Shown in pieces: positions 27,217-36,433 of a DNA stretch of 64,000 nucleotides. The notes below the pieces were generated by a model that was not told the origin of the DNA, searched no databases, and worked only from the letters and a program-made list of their open reading frames with translations. Source of the stretch: Patescibacteria group bacterium (lineage in GTDB: Bacteria > Patescibacteriota > Patescibacteriia > JAXHNJ01); NCBI GenBank assembly GCA_034520665.1, contig JAXHNJ010000001.1, positions 322,579 through 386,578 of the forward strand, written 5' to 3'. Made by a program: the position numbers and the translations under genes. How positions within the stretch are numbered: position 1 is the stretch's first letter; each line of letters starts with the position of its first letter.

Positions 27217-27819
27217 ATGAACTTAGATTATTATAACAAAAATCTGGAAGAAAATGAAGAAATAATCAAAGTAGTGCGTCAGCACCCGATTGTTTTAATT
27301 AAACCAGTTTTCTGGCTGGGCTTGCTAATCTTACTAGACTTTTTCTTAATTACCTGGCTTTTTGCTAAAGGATTATGGGGGGTTTTGGTTTTTGTTTTAG
27401 TGCTTACTTTACCTTCTTTGTTAATTATGCGTAGTTGGGTCATTTGGAAAAAAAATATGATTATTATTACTACTAAAAGAGTGATTGATATTGACCAGCA
27501 TACTTTATTTCATAAGGTAGTTTCAGAATGTAATTATAGAAAAATTCAAGATGTTAGTTTTAAAGTTAAAGGGATTTTTGCCACTATTTTTAATTTTGGT
27601 CAAATTCAAATTCAGACCGCTGGTAATCAGGCTAATCTAGAAATAAGAAATATAAAAAACCCTAATGAGATACAAGAAATAATAACAGATGCCCAAAGAC
27701 AAGATCTTAAAAATAAGGATAAAAATATAGAGACTGATCTGCAGGAGGCTGTTGATAAGATAAAAAGCCGTCTGGATGACGAAACCATTAAAAAGCTTTT
27801 TAAACCGGATAATGAATAA
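27217..27819 (+). CDS. Membrane protein with bacterial PH (bPH_2/YdbS-like) domain
   Basis: Two TM helices followed by the pattern IIITTKRVIDID...FGQIQIQTAG typical of bPH_2. Confidence 0.5.
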   Translation: MNLDYYNKNLEENEEIIKVVRQHPIVLIKPVFWLGLLILLDFFLITWLFAKGLWGVLVFVLVLTLPSLLIMRSWVIWKKNMIIITTKRVIDIDQHTLFHKVVSECNYRKIQDVSFKVKGIFATIFNFGQIQIQTAGNQANLEIRNIKNPNEIQEIITDAQRQDLKNKDKNIETDLQEAVDKIKSRLDDETIKKLFKPDNE

Positions 27820-27854
27820 GTTTTACAATTAATTAATATTAAGTTATTATAACT

Positions 27855-28268
27855 ATGCCTCGTAAGAGAAAGTCGCCCTTTATTAAAATAATTTCATCAA
27901 ATCTTTTTATAGTGGCTAGTATAGCAGTTCTTATATTTTTAGGCGTTTCTTTGAGTAAGGAGATGATTAGACGACACCAAATATCACAAAGAATAAATTC
28001 TTTAGAATCCGAGATAGAAGCATTGGAAGAGTCAAATACTGAACTTTCAGATCTGATTGATTATTTAAAAAGTGATGAGTTTCGAGAAAAAGAAGCCAGG
28101 CTTAAAATGGGCTTAAAAAAAGAGGATGAAAATGTAATTGTAGTCCCTAATTTAAATACAAATGAGAATATTAATAAATCAACAAAACTAGCCAATAACA
28201 GCAATCAAGCGGCGGAAAATATAGAATTTTCTAATTTAAAAAAATGGTGGCGTTATTTCTTTAATTAA
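27855..28268 (+). CDS. Septum formation initiator family protein (FtsB/DivIC-like)
   Basis: N-terminal TM helix, coiled coil, and the conserved KSDEFREKEARLKMGL..E.VIVVP C-terminal block. Confidence 0.5.
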   Translation: MPRKRKSPFIKIISSNLFIVASIAVLIFLGVSLSKEMIRRHQISQRINSLESEIEALEESNTELSDLIDYLKSDEFREKEARLKMGLKKEDENVIVVPNLNTNENINKSTKLANNSNQAAENIEFSNLKKWWRYFFN

Positions 28269-28276
28269 AAAAATAT

Positions 28277-29275
28277 ATGGAAGCAAATAAAAAAATCAAA
28301 AGTAAAAAAAGTAAAGTTATTAGCTTAATATTTTTATTATTAGTGGCTCTGATAATAATTTTTATTTTAATATTTGCTATTGGCATTTATGGTTTTAACT
28401 GGCAAGATTCTTTTACCAAAAAAGTGAGCCAAATTGTGCCTTACCCTTCAGCTTTAGTTAATTATAAATTTTTAAGTTATCATGATTTTTTAGAAGATAA
28501 AGAAACCTTAAGCTATTATTACGAAAATATGCCTGTTGTTGAGACTAATCAAGCTAAACCTAATAACAGAGAGATTAATCAGCTTTCTATAAGTCGGTTG
28601 ATAAAAAATGAATTTCTTAGACAAGAAGCCAAAGATTATGATCTTAATGTGACTGATTTGGAGCTTGAACAGGAAATGCAAAAAATTATAAATCAGTCTG
28701 AAAGTAAGCAAGGAGTAGAAGATATTTTAAAAGAGATTTATAATTGGCAGCCGGAGGATTTTAAAGAAAATGTTCTTCGTTATTATTTATTACGCTCTAA
28801 ATTACAGGATGCTTTAGTGGCTGATGAAAATTTATCAGTAAATAAACAAGCCAAAGAAAAGGCTGATGAAGTTTTAGAAAAAGTTAATAATGAAGAGAAG
28901 TCTTTTGAAAATTTAGCTAAAGAATATAGCGAAGACGACACAGCCAGCCAAGGCGGTTATTTAGGCTTTTTTAGTCAGGGTGAAATGGTTTCTGAATTTG
29001 AACAGGCAGCTATGGCTTTGGAAGAAGACGAAACCTCTGGCTTGGTAAAAACAGAGTTTGGCTATCATATAATAAAATTATTAAGTAAAAAAGGCGAAGG
29101 TGAGGATTTAGAGCTTGAAGCCAGTCACATTTTAATAAAAACAGCTAATATTGATACTTATATTAACCAAGAAATTAAAAAAGCTCGTATTTATGTCTTT
29201 TTAAAGGATATAAAATGGGATAAAGAATTAGGCAGTGCTTCTTTACCAGGGGTAAACACCAATACTAATCAGTAG
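28277..29275 (+). CDS. PpiC-type peptidyl-prolyl cis-trans isomerase (PrsA/SurA-like, membrane anchored)
   Basis: Rotamase domain motifs ASHILIKT and EFGYHIIKL. N-terminal TM helix. Confidence 0.65.
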   Translation: MEANKKIKSKKSKVISLIFLLLVALIIIFILIFAIGIYGFNWQDSFTKKVSQIVPYPSALVNYKFLSYHDFLEDKETLSYYYENMPVVETNQAKPNNREINQLSISRLIKNEFLRQEAKDYDLNVTDLELEQEMQKIINQSESKQGVEDILKEIYNWQPEDFKENVLRYYLLRSKLQDALVADENLSVNKQAKEKADEVLEKVNNEEKSFENLAKEYSEDDTASQGGYLGFFSQGEMVSEFEQAAMALEEDETSGLVKTEFGYHIIKLLSKKGEGEDLELEASHILIKTANIDTYINQEIKKARIYVFLKDIKWDKELGSASLPGVNTNTNQ

Positions 29276-29526
29276 TAAAAAATAAAATAAGAAAAGCGCT
29301 TTTACTTTTTTAAAAGCTTTTTTTATACTATAATACGAGAGTATTATCATGTTTTAGGTGGGTAGCTTTTGCTTGTTTGTTTAGGCGAGAAATAAAGAGT
29401 AAAAAATGATTAATTGATTTGCCAGGAGCCAAGGATCCGAAATAGCTCTCGCCCGCTAGCGCCTTCGCGCAAGCAATGGCGAGCGGGCAACTGGTAGAGC
29501 CAGGCTTTTGTCTGCTGAACTTACCG

Positions 29527-29602
29527 GCCGTCTTAGCTCAACTGGTAGAGCAAACGCTTCGTAAGCGTTAGGTTTCCGGTTCAAGTCCGGAAGACGGCTC
29601 CA
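29527..29602 (+). tRNA. tRNA-Thr (anticodon CGT), CCA encoded
   Basis: Manual cloverleaf: acceptor GCCGTCT/AGACGGC, D arm GCTC-AACTGGTA-GAGC, anticodon stem AACGC/GCGTT with loop TTCGTAA, T arm TCCGG-TTCAAGT-CCGGA. Confidence 0.85.
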
Positions 29603-29797
29603 AGCCTACCCGGACCAATAAAGCCTAGGTTATCGGTTCAAGACGTCTGGCAGTAGAGTAAAGCTTTTTTTAATGGTTAAGTTATTAATTTTCCGAGGAA
29701 AAAGGCAATTTAGGATAATTAGCCCGTCTAATAAAACTATTCACAAGTATTAAACTATTGGCTTTTTGATTCATTAATTGGCCTTTAATATAATCTT

Positions 29798-30577
29798 ATG
29801 AAACAAGAAAATAATAATTTTTTGGAAAATTCAAAACCTTTTTATTTTTCAGGAAATAAAGTTGGAGTAATTTTAATACACGGTTTTACTGGCTCGCCAG
29901 CTGATTTAAGGGTCTTTGGTCGTTATTTAGCCAAGCAGGGCTACACAGTTAAAGGTATCCGTTTAACTGGTCATGGTATTCATCACACAGTTTTAAAAAA
30001 AACCAATCGTTATGACTGGTATTATTCTCTGAAAAGATCAATTAATGAAATTAGAGACCAGGTAGAAGAAATTTTTTTGGTTGGCTTTTCTATGGGCGGA
30101 GACTTATCCATTTTGTATAATGAAATGGAAAAAGGGGTTAAAGGTATGGTTCTAATTAATACTCCTATTTATACCAAACCCTCCCGTCTAACCTTTTGGT
30201 TTATTCCTTTAATAAAAAGATTCAAAAAATTTAAGATAAAGGGTTGGGCTAAAAAAACAGATAATTATTTTGAAAAGCGTTGCGCTTGTTCTTATACCAA
30301 AATTCCGCTGGACAGTGCCTGGCAATTTTACAAGCTTGTGCAGGAAAGCAAGGCTGTGGCCGAAAAAATTAAGATTCCTGTGTATTTAATCCAGTCGCGT
30401 CATGACCAAGCTATAAACGCTGAAAGTGTAAATTTTTTGGATAAAAAAATTAAAACCGTTTATAAAAAGGATATAATTAATACTCATTTACACGGACTTT
30501 TGTCAGAATATGAAAAACGGGAAAATATTTACTCAAATATAAATGATTTTATTAAAAAAAGTTCAAAAATTGTTTAA
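29798..30577 (+). CDS. Alpha/beta-hydrolase fold esterase/lipase
   Basis: HGFTG oxyanion region and GFSMGG nucleophile elbow (GxSxG). Confidence 0.6.
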   Translation: MKQENNNFLENSKPFYFSGNKVGVILIHGFTGSPADLRVFGRYLAKQGYTVKGIRLTGHGIHHTVLKKTNRYDWYYSLKRSINEIRDQVEEIFLVGFSMGGDLSILYNEMEKGVKGMVLINTPIYTKPSRLTFWFIPLIKRFKKFKIKGWAKKTDNYFEKRCACSYTKIPLDSAWQFYKLVQESKAVAEKIKIPVYLIQSRHDQAINAESVNFLDKKIKTVYKKDIINTHLHGLLSEYEKRENIYSNINDFIKKSSKIV

Positions 30578-30732
30578 CAAAGTATTAATTTTGTGTTATA
30601 ATAAAAAAAACCTAAAGTTAAGGTTTTCTGGAGTCGGTAACGGGAATTTCAGCCAGAAGCTGATGCGCCTCAGGCGCAGAACCTGTATTAATACTTAATG
30701 AAATAAACTTATTTTCCGTTAATATTTAAGTT

Positions 30733-30806
30733 TGGAGCAGGTAACGGGAATCGAACCCGTGCCTTATCCTTGGGAAGGATATATTCTACCACTAAACTAT
30801 ACCTGC
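30733..30806 (-). tRNA. tRNA-Gly (anticodon CCC), CCA encoded
   Basis: The reverse complement folds as acceptor GCAGGTA/TACCTGC, D arm GTTT-AGTGGTA-GAAT, anticodon stem TATCC/GGATA with loop TTCCCAA, T arm ACGGG-TTCGATT-CCCGT. Confidence 0.85.
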
Positions 30807-30829
30807 CTTAACAAAATTATAAACAAAAA

Positions 30830-32401
30830 ATGCCTAAAATTCAAATAGTCAATTGTAAGAAAAAATATTTTTATATACTCTTTATATTTATTTTATTAGG
30901 GAGTATTTTTTTACTGATTACTCCGGTTCAAGCTATAGATAAAAATAAGGTCAGTATTCATCTTGGTTCCCGTGAGATTAAGAGGGGATACACCATTGAT
31001 AAACCGGATGGCTTGATGAGACTAGCTGTTTTCCCATATGTTTTAGACCGCCCGGCCGATATAAAACTGGAAAAAATTTCAGATGAGGGTCTGCCACAGC
31101 CAGAAAATCTGATTCGTGTTAGTGATGTTTTTGAATTTGATATTGTTACTGACCCAATTAAAATATTTGCCAAGGAAGTAATTATTGTTCTTGATTATAA
31201 TTCTGATAACAATAAAACTAAGAAAATTTATTTTTATGATAGTAATCAGGATAAATGGCGACCGCTATATTCAATGACTAATTATCAGGATAAATGGGTC
31301 AGAGCCTACACTCATTTACCCTATTCAAAAATTGCTGTTTTTGAAGAAGATTTAACTTCTGAAGGTTATGCCACCTGGTATCGTTCTAAATATACTTATG
31401 GTTGTGCTTCTAATGATTATCCCATGGATTCAAGGCTAAGAGTAACTAGTTTGCAGGATAGCAATCAGTCAGTTATTTGCCGGGTTAAATCTACCGGGCC
31501 CTTTACTGATAATGCTATTATTGATTTATCATTAACTGCTTTTGAGACTCTAGCACCGGCTGGGCAGGGAAAAGTAAAAGTGCATATAGAACCGTTGGAA
31601 GAAGATAATACTAATGTAGGCCCGACGGTTCAAGGGGCTACTATGCCAATAATATCAGCCCCCGTGGCCATGATATATGACGCTGACAATTATAAAGTAT
31701 TATATGAGAAAAATTCCTCCCAAAAGCGCAGTATAGCCAGTATTACTAAATTAATGACAACAATAGTTTTTTTAGAAACTAATCCTGATTTTGATAAAGT
31801 AGTCACTATCCAAGATTCTGATAAACCACGCCCTGAACCGGGAGTAGGAATTAAGGTTAAGGAAGAGGATAGAATTAGTGTACGTGACCTCTTTAACGCC
31901 ATGCTCACCGGTTCAGCTAATAACGCCGCTTTAGCTTTAGTCAGGTCAACCGGTTTGAGCCAAGAAGAGTTTGTTAATCGTATGAATATTAAGGCAAAAA
32001 AAATTAATATGCTCTCTACTCATTTTGCTGACCCGACTGGCCTGGCAGTGGGTAACAAATCGACCAGCACAGATATTGCTCTATTAATCAACTATATAAT
32101 GAATCGTCCAGGAGTCAGACAAGCGACTACTCAAGCCAATTATACTTACCATATTATAAATGAAAATGATTATAATACAATAAAAAATCCTTTATATCTC
32201 TTTTCTAATTCTTTATCCAGTTACCCGGTAGTTGGGGCTAAAACTGGTTTTATTAATGAAGCTGGATATTGCCTGACTGTTGAATTTAAGCATAATAACG
32301 GCCGTGAATACCAAGCCGTAGTTTTAGGCAGTTCAACTCGCAATACCCGAATTAGTGATATGGTTAAATTGATTGATTATGCCCAGGAATTTATAAACTA
32401 A
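30830..32401 (+). CDS. D-alanyl-D-alanine carboxypeptidase (S11, PBP5/DacA-like) fused to an N-terminal RlpA-like double-psi beta-barrel domain
   Basis: SIASITKLMT (SxxK) and SANNAA (SxN) serine-peptidase motifs. The N-terminal GYATWY...CASNDYPMDSRLRVTSL...ICRVKSTGPF...IDLS matches the RlpA DPBB domain. Confidence 0.75.
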   Translation: MPKIQIVNCKKKYFYILFIFILLGSIFLLITPVQAIDKNKVSIHLGSREIKRGYTIDKPDGLMRLAVFPYVLDRPADIKLEKISDEGLPQPENLIRVSDVFEFDIVTDPIKIFAKEVIIVLDYNSDNNKTKKIYFYDSNQDKWRPLYSMTNYQDKWVRAYTHLPYSKIAVFEEDLTSEGYATWYRSKYTYGCASNDYPMDSRLRVTSLQDSNQSVICRVKSTGPFTDNAIIDLSLTAFETLAPAGQGKVKVHIEPLEEDNTNVGPTVQGATMPIISAPVAMIYDADNYKVLYEKNSSQKRSIASITKLMTTIVFLETNPDFDKVVTIQDSDKPRPEPGVGIKVKEEDRISVRDLFNAMLTGSANNAALALVRSTGLSQEEFVNRMNIKAKKINMLSTHFADPTGLAVGNKSTSTDIALLINYIMNRPGVRQATTQANYTYHIINENDYNTIKNPLYLFSNSLSSYPVVGAKTGFINEAGYCLTVEFKHNNGREYQAVVLGSSTRNTRISDMVKLIDYAQEFIN

Positions 32402-32405
32402 ATTT

Positions 32406-33086
32406 ATGATAAAATTTGTTAACGTTAGTAAAATATATCCGCCAGATACCGTGGGGTTAAAAAATGTTAATCTCCATATCCATCCGGGTGAATTTGTTTC
32501 TATTGTTGGTCAGTCAGGTACTGGCAAAAGTACTTTTGTTAAACTAGTTTTGGCTGAAATAAAACCGACTAAAGGGAAGGTTATTATTGGTGGCTGGAAT
32601 ATTACTGATATTAAGCCAAGAGAAGTACCTCTACTAAGAAAGCAAATGGGTACTGTTTTTCAAGATATTAAACTTTTGCCGAAAAAGACTGTTTTTGAAA
32701 ATGTAGCTTTTGCTATGGAAGTTTGTGGAGAAAAAAGTGAGAAAATTAACGAAGTAGTGCCGCAAGTTTTAAAAATTGTTGGTTTGGAAGATAAAAAAAA
32801 GCGTTTTCCTCATGAAATATCTGGGGGAGAACAACAGAGAGTAGCTATTGCCCGGGCTTTAGTACACCGCCCCAAAATTTTACTGGCTGATGAACCGACT
32901 GGTAACTTGGATTCAATCAACGCTCATGAAATAATCTCATTACTTAAAAAAATTAATGAATTTGGTACTACCGTTGTTCTAGTGACGCATGATCGGGAAA
33001 TAGTAAATTATCTCAAAAAAAGAGTAATAGCCTTAGATCAAGGCCAGATAATCTCTGATAAAGAAGGCGGCAAATATATTTTATAA
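32406..33086 (+). CDS. ftsE: Cell-division ABC ATPase FtsE
   Basis: Walker [13 protein letters not shown] signature [15 protein letters not shown], and a Walker B. Immediately followed by ftsX. Confidence 0.85.
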   Translation: MIKFVNVSKIYPPDTVGLKNVNLHIHPGEFVSIVGQSGTGKSTFVKLVLAEIKPTKGKVIIGGWNITDIKPREVPLLRKQMGTVFQDIKLLPKKTVFENVAFAMEVCGEKSEKINEVVPQVLKIVGLEDKKKRFPHEISGGEQQRVAIARALVHRPKILLADEPTGNLDSINAHEIISLLKKINEFGTTVVLVTHDREIVNYLKKRVIALDQGQIISDKEGGKYIL

Positions 33087-33090
33087 AATT

Positions 33091-34014
33091 ATGATCGGTT
33101 TAACTTTAATTAGATCAATAAAACTAGGTTGGCAGAATTTCTGGCGTAATCGCTGGCTTTCTTTAGTCACTGTTATTATTTTAATTTTGACTCTTTTTCT
33201 TATCTCTTTAGTCGGAAGTTTAAAGATTGTAGCTGATCAAACTTTTGACTCAGTTAAAGAAAAGGTGGATTTTAGTATTTATTTTGAGCCAAGTGCTGAA
33301 AAGAATGAAATAACTGAGATAAAAAATCGTTTTGAAGAAATGAATGAAGTTAAATTAGTGAAGCACATTACCCCTCAGGAAGCCTTAAAGGATTTTAGGG
33401 AAGAGCATAAAAATAACGAAGCTATAATTGAAGCTTTAGAAGCCTTGGAAGATAATCCCTTGGGATCTGTTCTAGTAGTCAGAGGTAATGATCTCAATGA
33501 TTATGAAGCTATTAGCCAGATAGCTCAGTCTAATGAGTATGAAGATATTATCCAAACTAATGAAAATGATTTTGAGGATAATAAAACTCTAATTAGCCGA
33601 CTTTCCAGTATTACTAGTAACATTAATCATTTTGGCTTGATTTTAATAGTTGTCTTTGCTACTATATCATTTCTAGTTATTTTTAATACTATTAGGATTA
33701 CTATATACTCTTACCGCAGTGAAATTGGTATTATGAAGTTAGTCGGTGCTTCTAATAATTTTGTACGAGCGCCTTTTATAATTGAGAGTATTTTGTATGC
33801 TTTGGTTTCCAGTATTATTTCAGTTATTTTACTTTATTCACTAATAAACAGCCTGGAGCCCTTTTTAAATAATTTCTTTACTGGTTATAATCTTAATATA
33901 GTTAATTATTTTAATAATAATTTTTTGTTGGTATTCGGATTTTTAGTGCTAGTCTCTATATTTTTGTGCGTAGTCAGTTCAATAGTAGCTGTGCGCCGTT
34001 ATTTAAGAGTGTAG
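33091..34014 (+). CDS. ftsX: Cell-division permease-like protein FtsX
   Basis: One N-terminal TM helix, an extracytoplasmic domain, and three C-terminal TM helices with MKLVGAS. The position is conserved after ftsE. Confidence 0.75.
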   Translation: MIGLTLIRSIKLGWQNFWRNRWLSLVTVIILILTLFLISLVGSLKIVADQTFDSVKEKVDFSIYFEPSAEKNEITEIKNRFEEMNEVKLVKHITPQEALKDFREEHKNNEAIIEALEALEDNPLGSVLVVRGNDLNDYEAISQIAQSNEYEDIIQTNENDFEDNKTLISRLSSITSNINHFGLILIVVFATISFLVIFNTIRITIYSYRSEIGIMKLVGASNNFVRAPFIIESILYALVSSIISVILLYSLINSLEPFLNNFFTGYNLNIVNYFNNNFLLVFGFLVLVSIFLCVVSSIVAVRRYLRV

Positions 34015-34207
34015 GATTTTATCAGGGAAGGGGAAATCTTAACCTTGAACCCTTTCTTTTATTAATAGAGAGTCAGCTTCAAACTCAAAATATATAGCGG
34101 GATCGTCTTCGCCTTCGCCCTTTAATTCTCTTTTGACTTATTTCCTTGCTTCAAGATCAATTTCGGGCTTCGGCCGATAAAATGTTAATACTAAAATATT
34201 ATTACAT

Positions 34208-34278
34208 TGCGGGATCGTCTAATGGTAGGACTCAGGCTTTTGGAGCCTGCTATCCAGGTTCGAATCCTGGTCCCGCAG
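34208..34278 (+). tRNA. tRNA-Gln (anticodon TTG), no encoded CCA
   Basis: Acceptor TGCGGGA/TCCCGCA, 3-bp D stem GTC/GAC, anticodon stem CAGGC/GCCTG with loop TTTTGGA, T arm CCAGG-TTCGAAT-CCTGG. The 34146-34337 ORF overlapping it is spurious. Confidence 0.85.
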
Positions 34279-34333
34279 TATTTTTTAAAATAAAATCGTC
34301 GCTGGATTTTATTTTTTTTGTTATAATAAAATT

Positions 34334-35044
34334 ATGACAGCCGAAACAAAAAATAATAAATTCTATGAACACCGGGCTTTTTGGGTAATTTCGATTATAG
34401 CTTTAGTAGTAATTTCACTTTGGATTTTAATTTATTTGAATAAAGACTTATGGCAGCTTTTTACTGATCAGGAGGCTTTGCGGCATAGAATAATTTCATT
34501 TGGCAATCTGGCTCCAGCTTTTATAATTATTTACTATATTTTCCAAATTTTAGCGGCTCCTTTACCAGGACAAACTATTGATCTGGTTAACGGCTATATA
34601 TACGGACCCTTTAAAGGAGCTTTAATTTCTCTTATTGGTCTTTTTTTGGGTAGTGTGATTGCTGTTTCCTTAGCTAGAATATTTGGCCGGCCTTTACTCA
34701 GACATTTTCTTTCTGATTATAAACTGAAAAAATACCGAAGTTGGATTAACCGCCGGTCTCTTTTTTTCTTTTTTATTTTATTTTTAATACCCGGACTGCC
34801 TGATGATTTGCTTTGTTTTGCCGCTGGCTTGACTCGTATTCCTTTATGGCAGCTTATTCTCGTTATACTCTTAGGCAGGACTCCAAGTATTATTACTTCG
34901 GTTATTTTCGGAGCTACTGGCCAATCTCTAAATCCAATGCAGTTTACTTTAGTAATTTTAGGAGCTGCTGTTTTGGTGTATTTATTAATTAAATTTTTAC
35001 CTAAGAGTAAAAGATTAAAAAAATACTTAAAAAAACATGTTTAA
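34334..35044 (+). CDS. DedA/TVP38/TMEM64 family membrane protein
   Basis: Conserved FLIPGLPDDLLCFAAGLTRIP block and the topology. Confidence 0.7.
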   Translation: MTAETKNNKFYEHRAFWVISIIALVVISLWILIYLNKDLWQLFTDQEALRHRIISFGNLAPAFIIIYYIFQILAAPLPGQTIDLVNGYIYGPFKGALISLIGLFLGSVIAVSLARIFGRPLLRHFLSDYKLKKYRSWINRRSLFFFFILFLIPGLPDDLLCFAAGLTRIPLWQLILVILLGRTPSIITSVIFGATGQSLNPMQFTLVILGAAVLVYLLIKFLPKSKRLKKYLKKHV

Positions 35045-35369
35045 AAAATCCCCATTTTATAAAATTAAAACCAGTGTACCACTTAATTATGCCCAGCCAG
35101 TGCGAGAAGCTATGAGCCAGGCTGGTGCTGGAAAGCAGGGTAATTATATAAATTGTTCTGGCTCTTACTCAATAACTGGGCGTTTTACGCCGATTAAAGG
35201 GGCTAAGCCAACCATTGGTAGCCAAGGGAAAGAGGAAGTGGTTAAAGAAGAAGCTATAGAAATGCTTTGCCATAAAAACAAAATAAAAGCAGTAATTAAG
35301 GCTTTAAAAAAAGCTCATCCTTACGAAGAGCCGCCGATTGATATTTTTGAAAGAATTGATATTAAATAA
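35037..35369 (+). CDS. Stand-alone NIF3 (YqfO/YbgI)-type PII-like domain protein
   Basis: NCSGSYSITGRFTPIKGAKPTIGSQGKEEVVKEE...HPYEEPPIDIF matches the C-terminal/inserted region of NIF3-family proteins (HYDHCSF..GTFRP..GANPFIGE...HPYEEPA.DVY). Confidence 0.4.
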   Translation: MFKKSPFYKIKTSVPLNYAQPVREAMSQAGAGKQGNYINCSGSYSITGRFTPIKGAKPTIGSQGKEEVVKEEAIEMLCHKNKIKAVIKALKKAHPYEEPPIDIFERIDIK

Positions 35370-35448
35370 TTTTAATAATTTCTAATTTTAGAGTTGTTTA
35401 TTAGTGGAAAATATGCTACTATTAGCCTAGATTAAAAAATATTTTTTT

Positions 35449-36360
35449 ATGTCTATTAACCGCTGTAAAAAAGAATTTGACTGGATAAATATTCATGATT
35501 TGCGTAAAAAAGATATTGAATACTTGCGCCAGCATTTTAATTTTCATCCTTTGGATTTAGAAGATTGCCAAAGTATTAGTCAACGCCCAAAAATTGATGT
35601 TTATAAAGGTTATCTTTTTGTAGTTTTGCATTTTCCTTATTATGACCAGAATAGTAAAATAGTAAATTTTCGAGAAATCCATTTTTTTATTAGTAAAGAC
35701 TATATCGTCAGTGTGAAAAAAACACATATTAAAGTTTTGCATGATTATTTTTTAGATTTCTCACGTGACAAATTACAGCTAAAAAAATCTAAAAATTCGC
35801 CTTTTCATTTATTTTATGAGCTTTTGGAGAAACTATATGCCACTTCTTTGCCAATATTGGATATTATCAGTAAAAATTTAAATCATATAGAAGAACAAAT
35901 TTTTACTGATGAGCAAAAAGGTCTAGCTAATAAAATTGCTTTTACCCGTCGTAATATTCTTAATTTTCGTAAAGTGATTGAACCCCAGATTAAAATTTTT
36001 GATAAGCTTATGAATTTACATAAGAAATATATTCCTAAAGGTATTAGCGTTTATTTTGATGATATTCAGGATTATTTAGAAAGATCAAAAGCAAATTTAG
36101 ATAATTATAAAGATATAATAGAAGGCTTGGGACAAAGCCATGAATCAATGATTTCTCAGCGCACTAATGAAGTCATGAAAATATTAACTATAATTTCAGT
36201 AGCTTTACTACCTTTAAATTTAATAGCCGGAATTTATGGCATGAATATTATTGGTTTACCTTTTGCCAAAAATCCTATAATTATTTGGCTATTTTTTATT
36301 GTACTAATATTCTTTATTTCTTTGATTATTTTGATTTCTCATAAACGAAATGTGCTTTAA
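35449..36360 (+). CDS. corA: Magnesium/cobalt transporter CorA
   Basis: Two C-terminal TM helices with the YGMN signature (IYGMNIIGLP). Confidence 0.8.
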   Translation: MSINRCKKEFDWINIHDLRKKDIEYLRQHFNFHPLDLEDCQSISQRPKIDVYKGYLFVVLHFPYYDQNSKIVNFREIHFFISKDYIVSVKKTHIKVLHDYFLDFSRDKLQLKKSKNSPFHLFYELLEKLYATSLPILDIISKNLNHIEEQIFTDEQKGLANKIAFTRRNILNFRKVIEPQIKIFDKLMNLHKKYIPKGISVYFDDIQDYLERSKANLDNYKDIIEGLGQSHESMISQRTNEVMKILTIISVALLPLNLIAGIYGMNIIGLPFAKNPIIIWLFFIVLIFFISLIILISHKRNVL

Positions 36361-36433
36361 TAAATTATAACTAGAGATAGCTTTGAAAATCTGTCTTTTT
36401 TTAATTTAGGCTTAAAAATGATATAATAGATCC

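Noticed and set aside
34146-34337. ORF 34146..34337 (+, 63 aa)
   Set aside because: It overlaps the complete tRNA-Gln gene and the upstream repeat motif, has no RBS and starts at TTG. It is not a gene.
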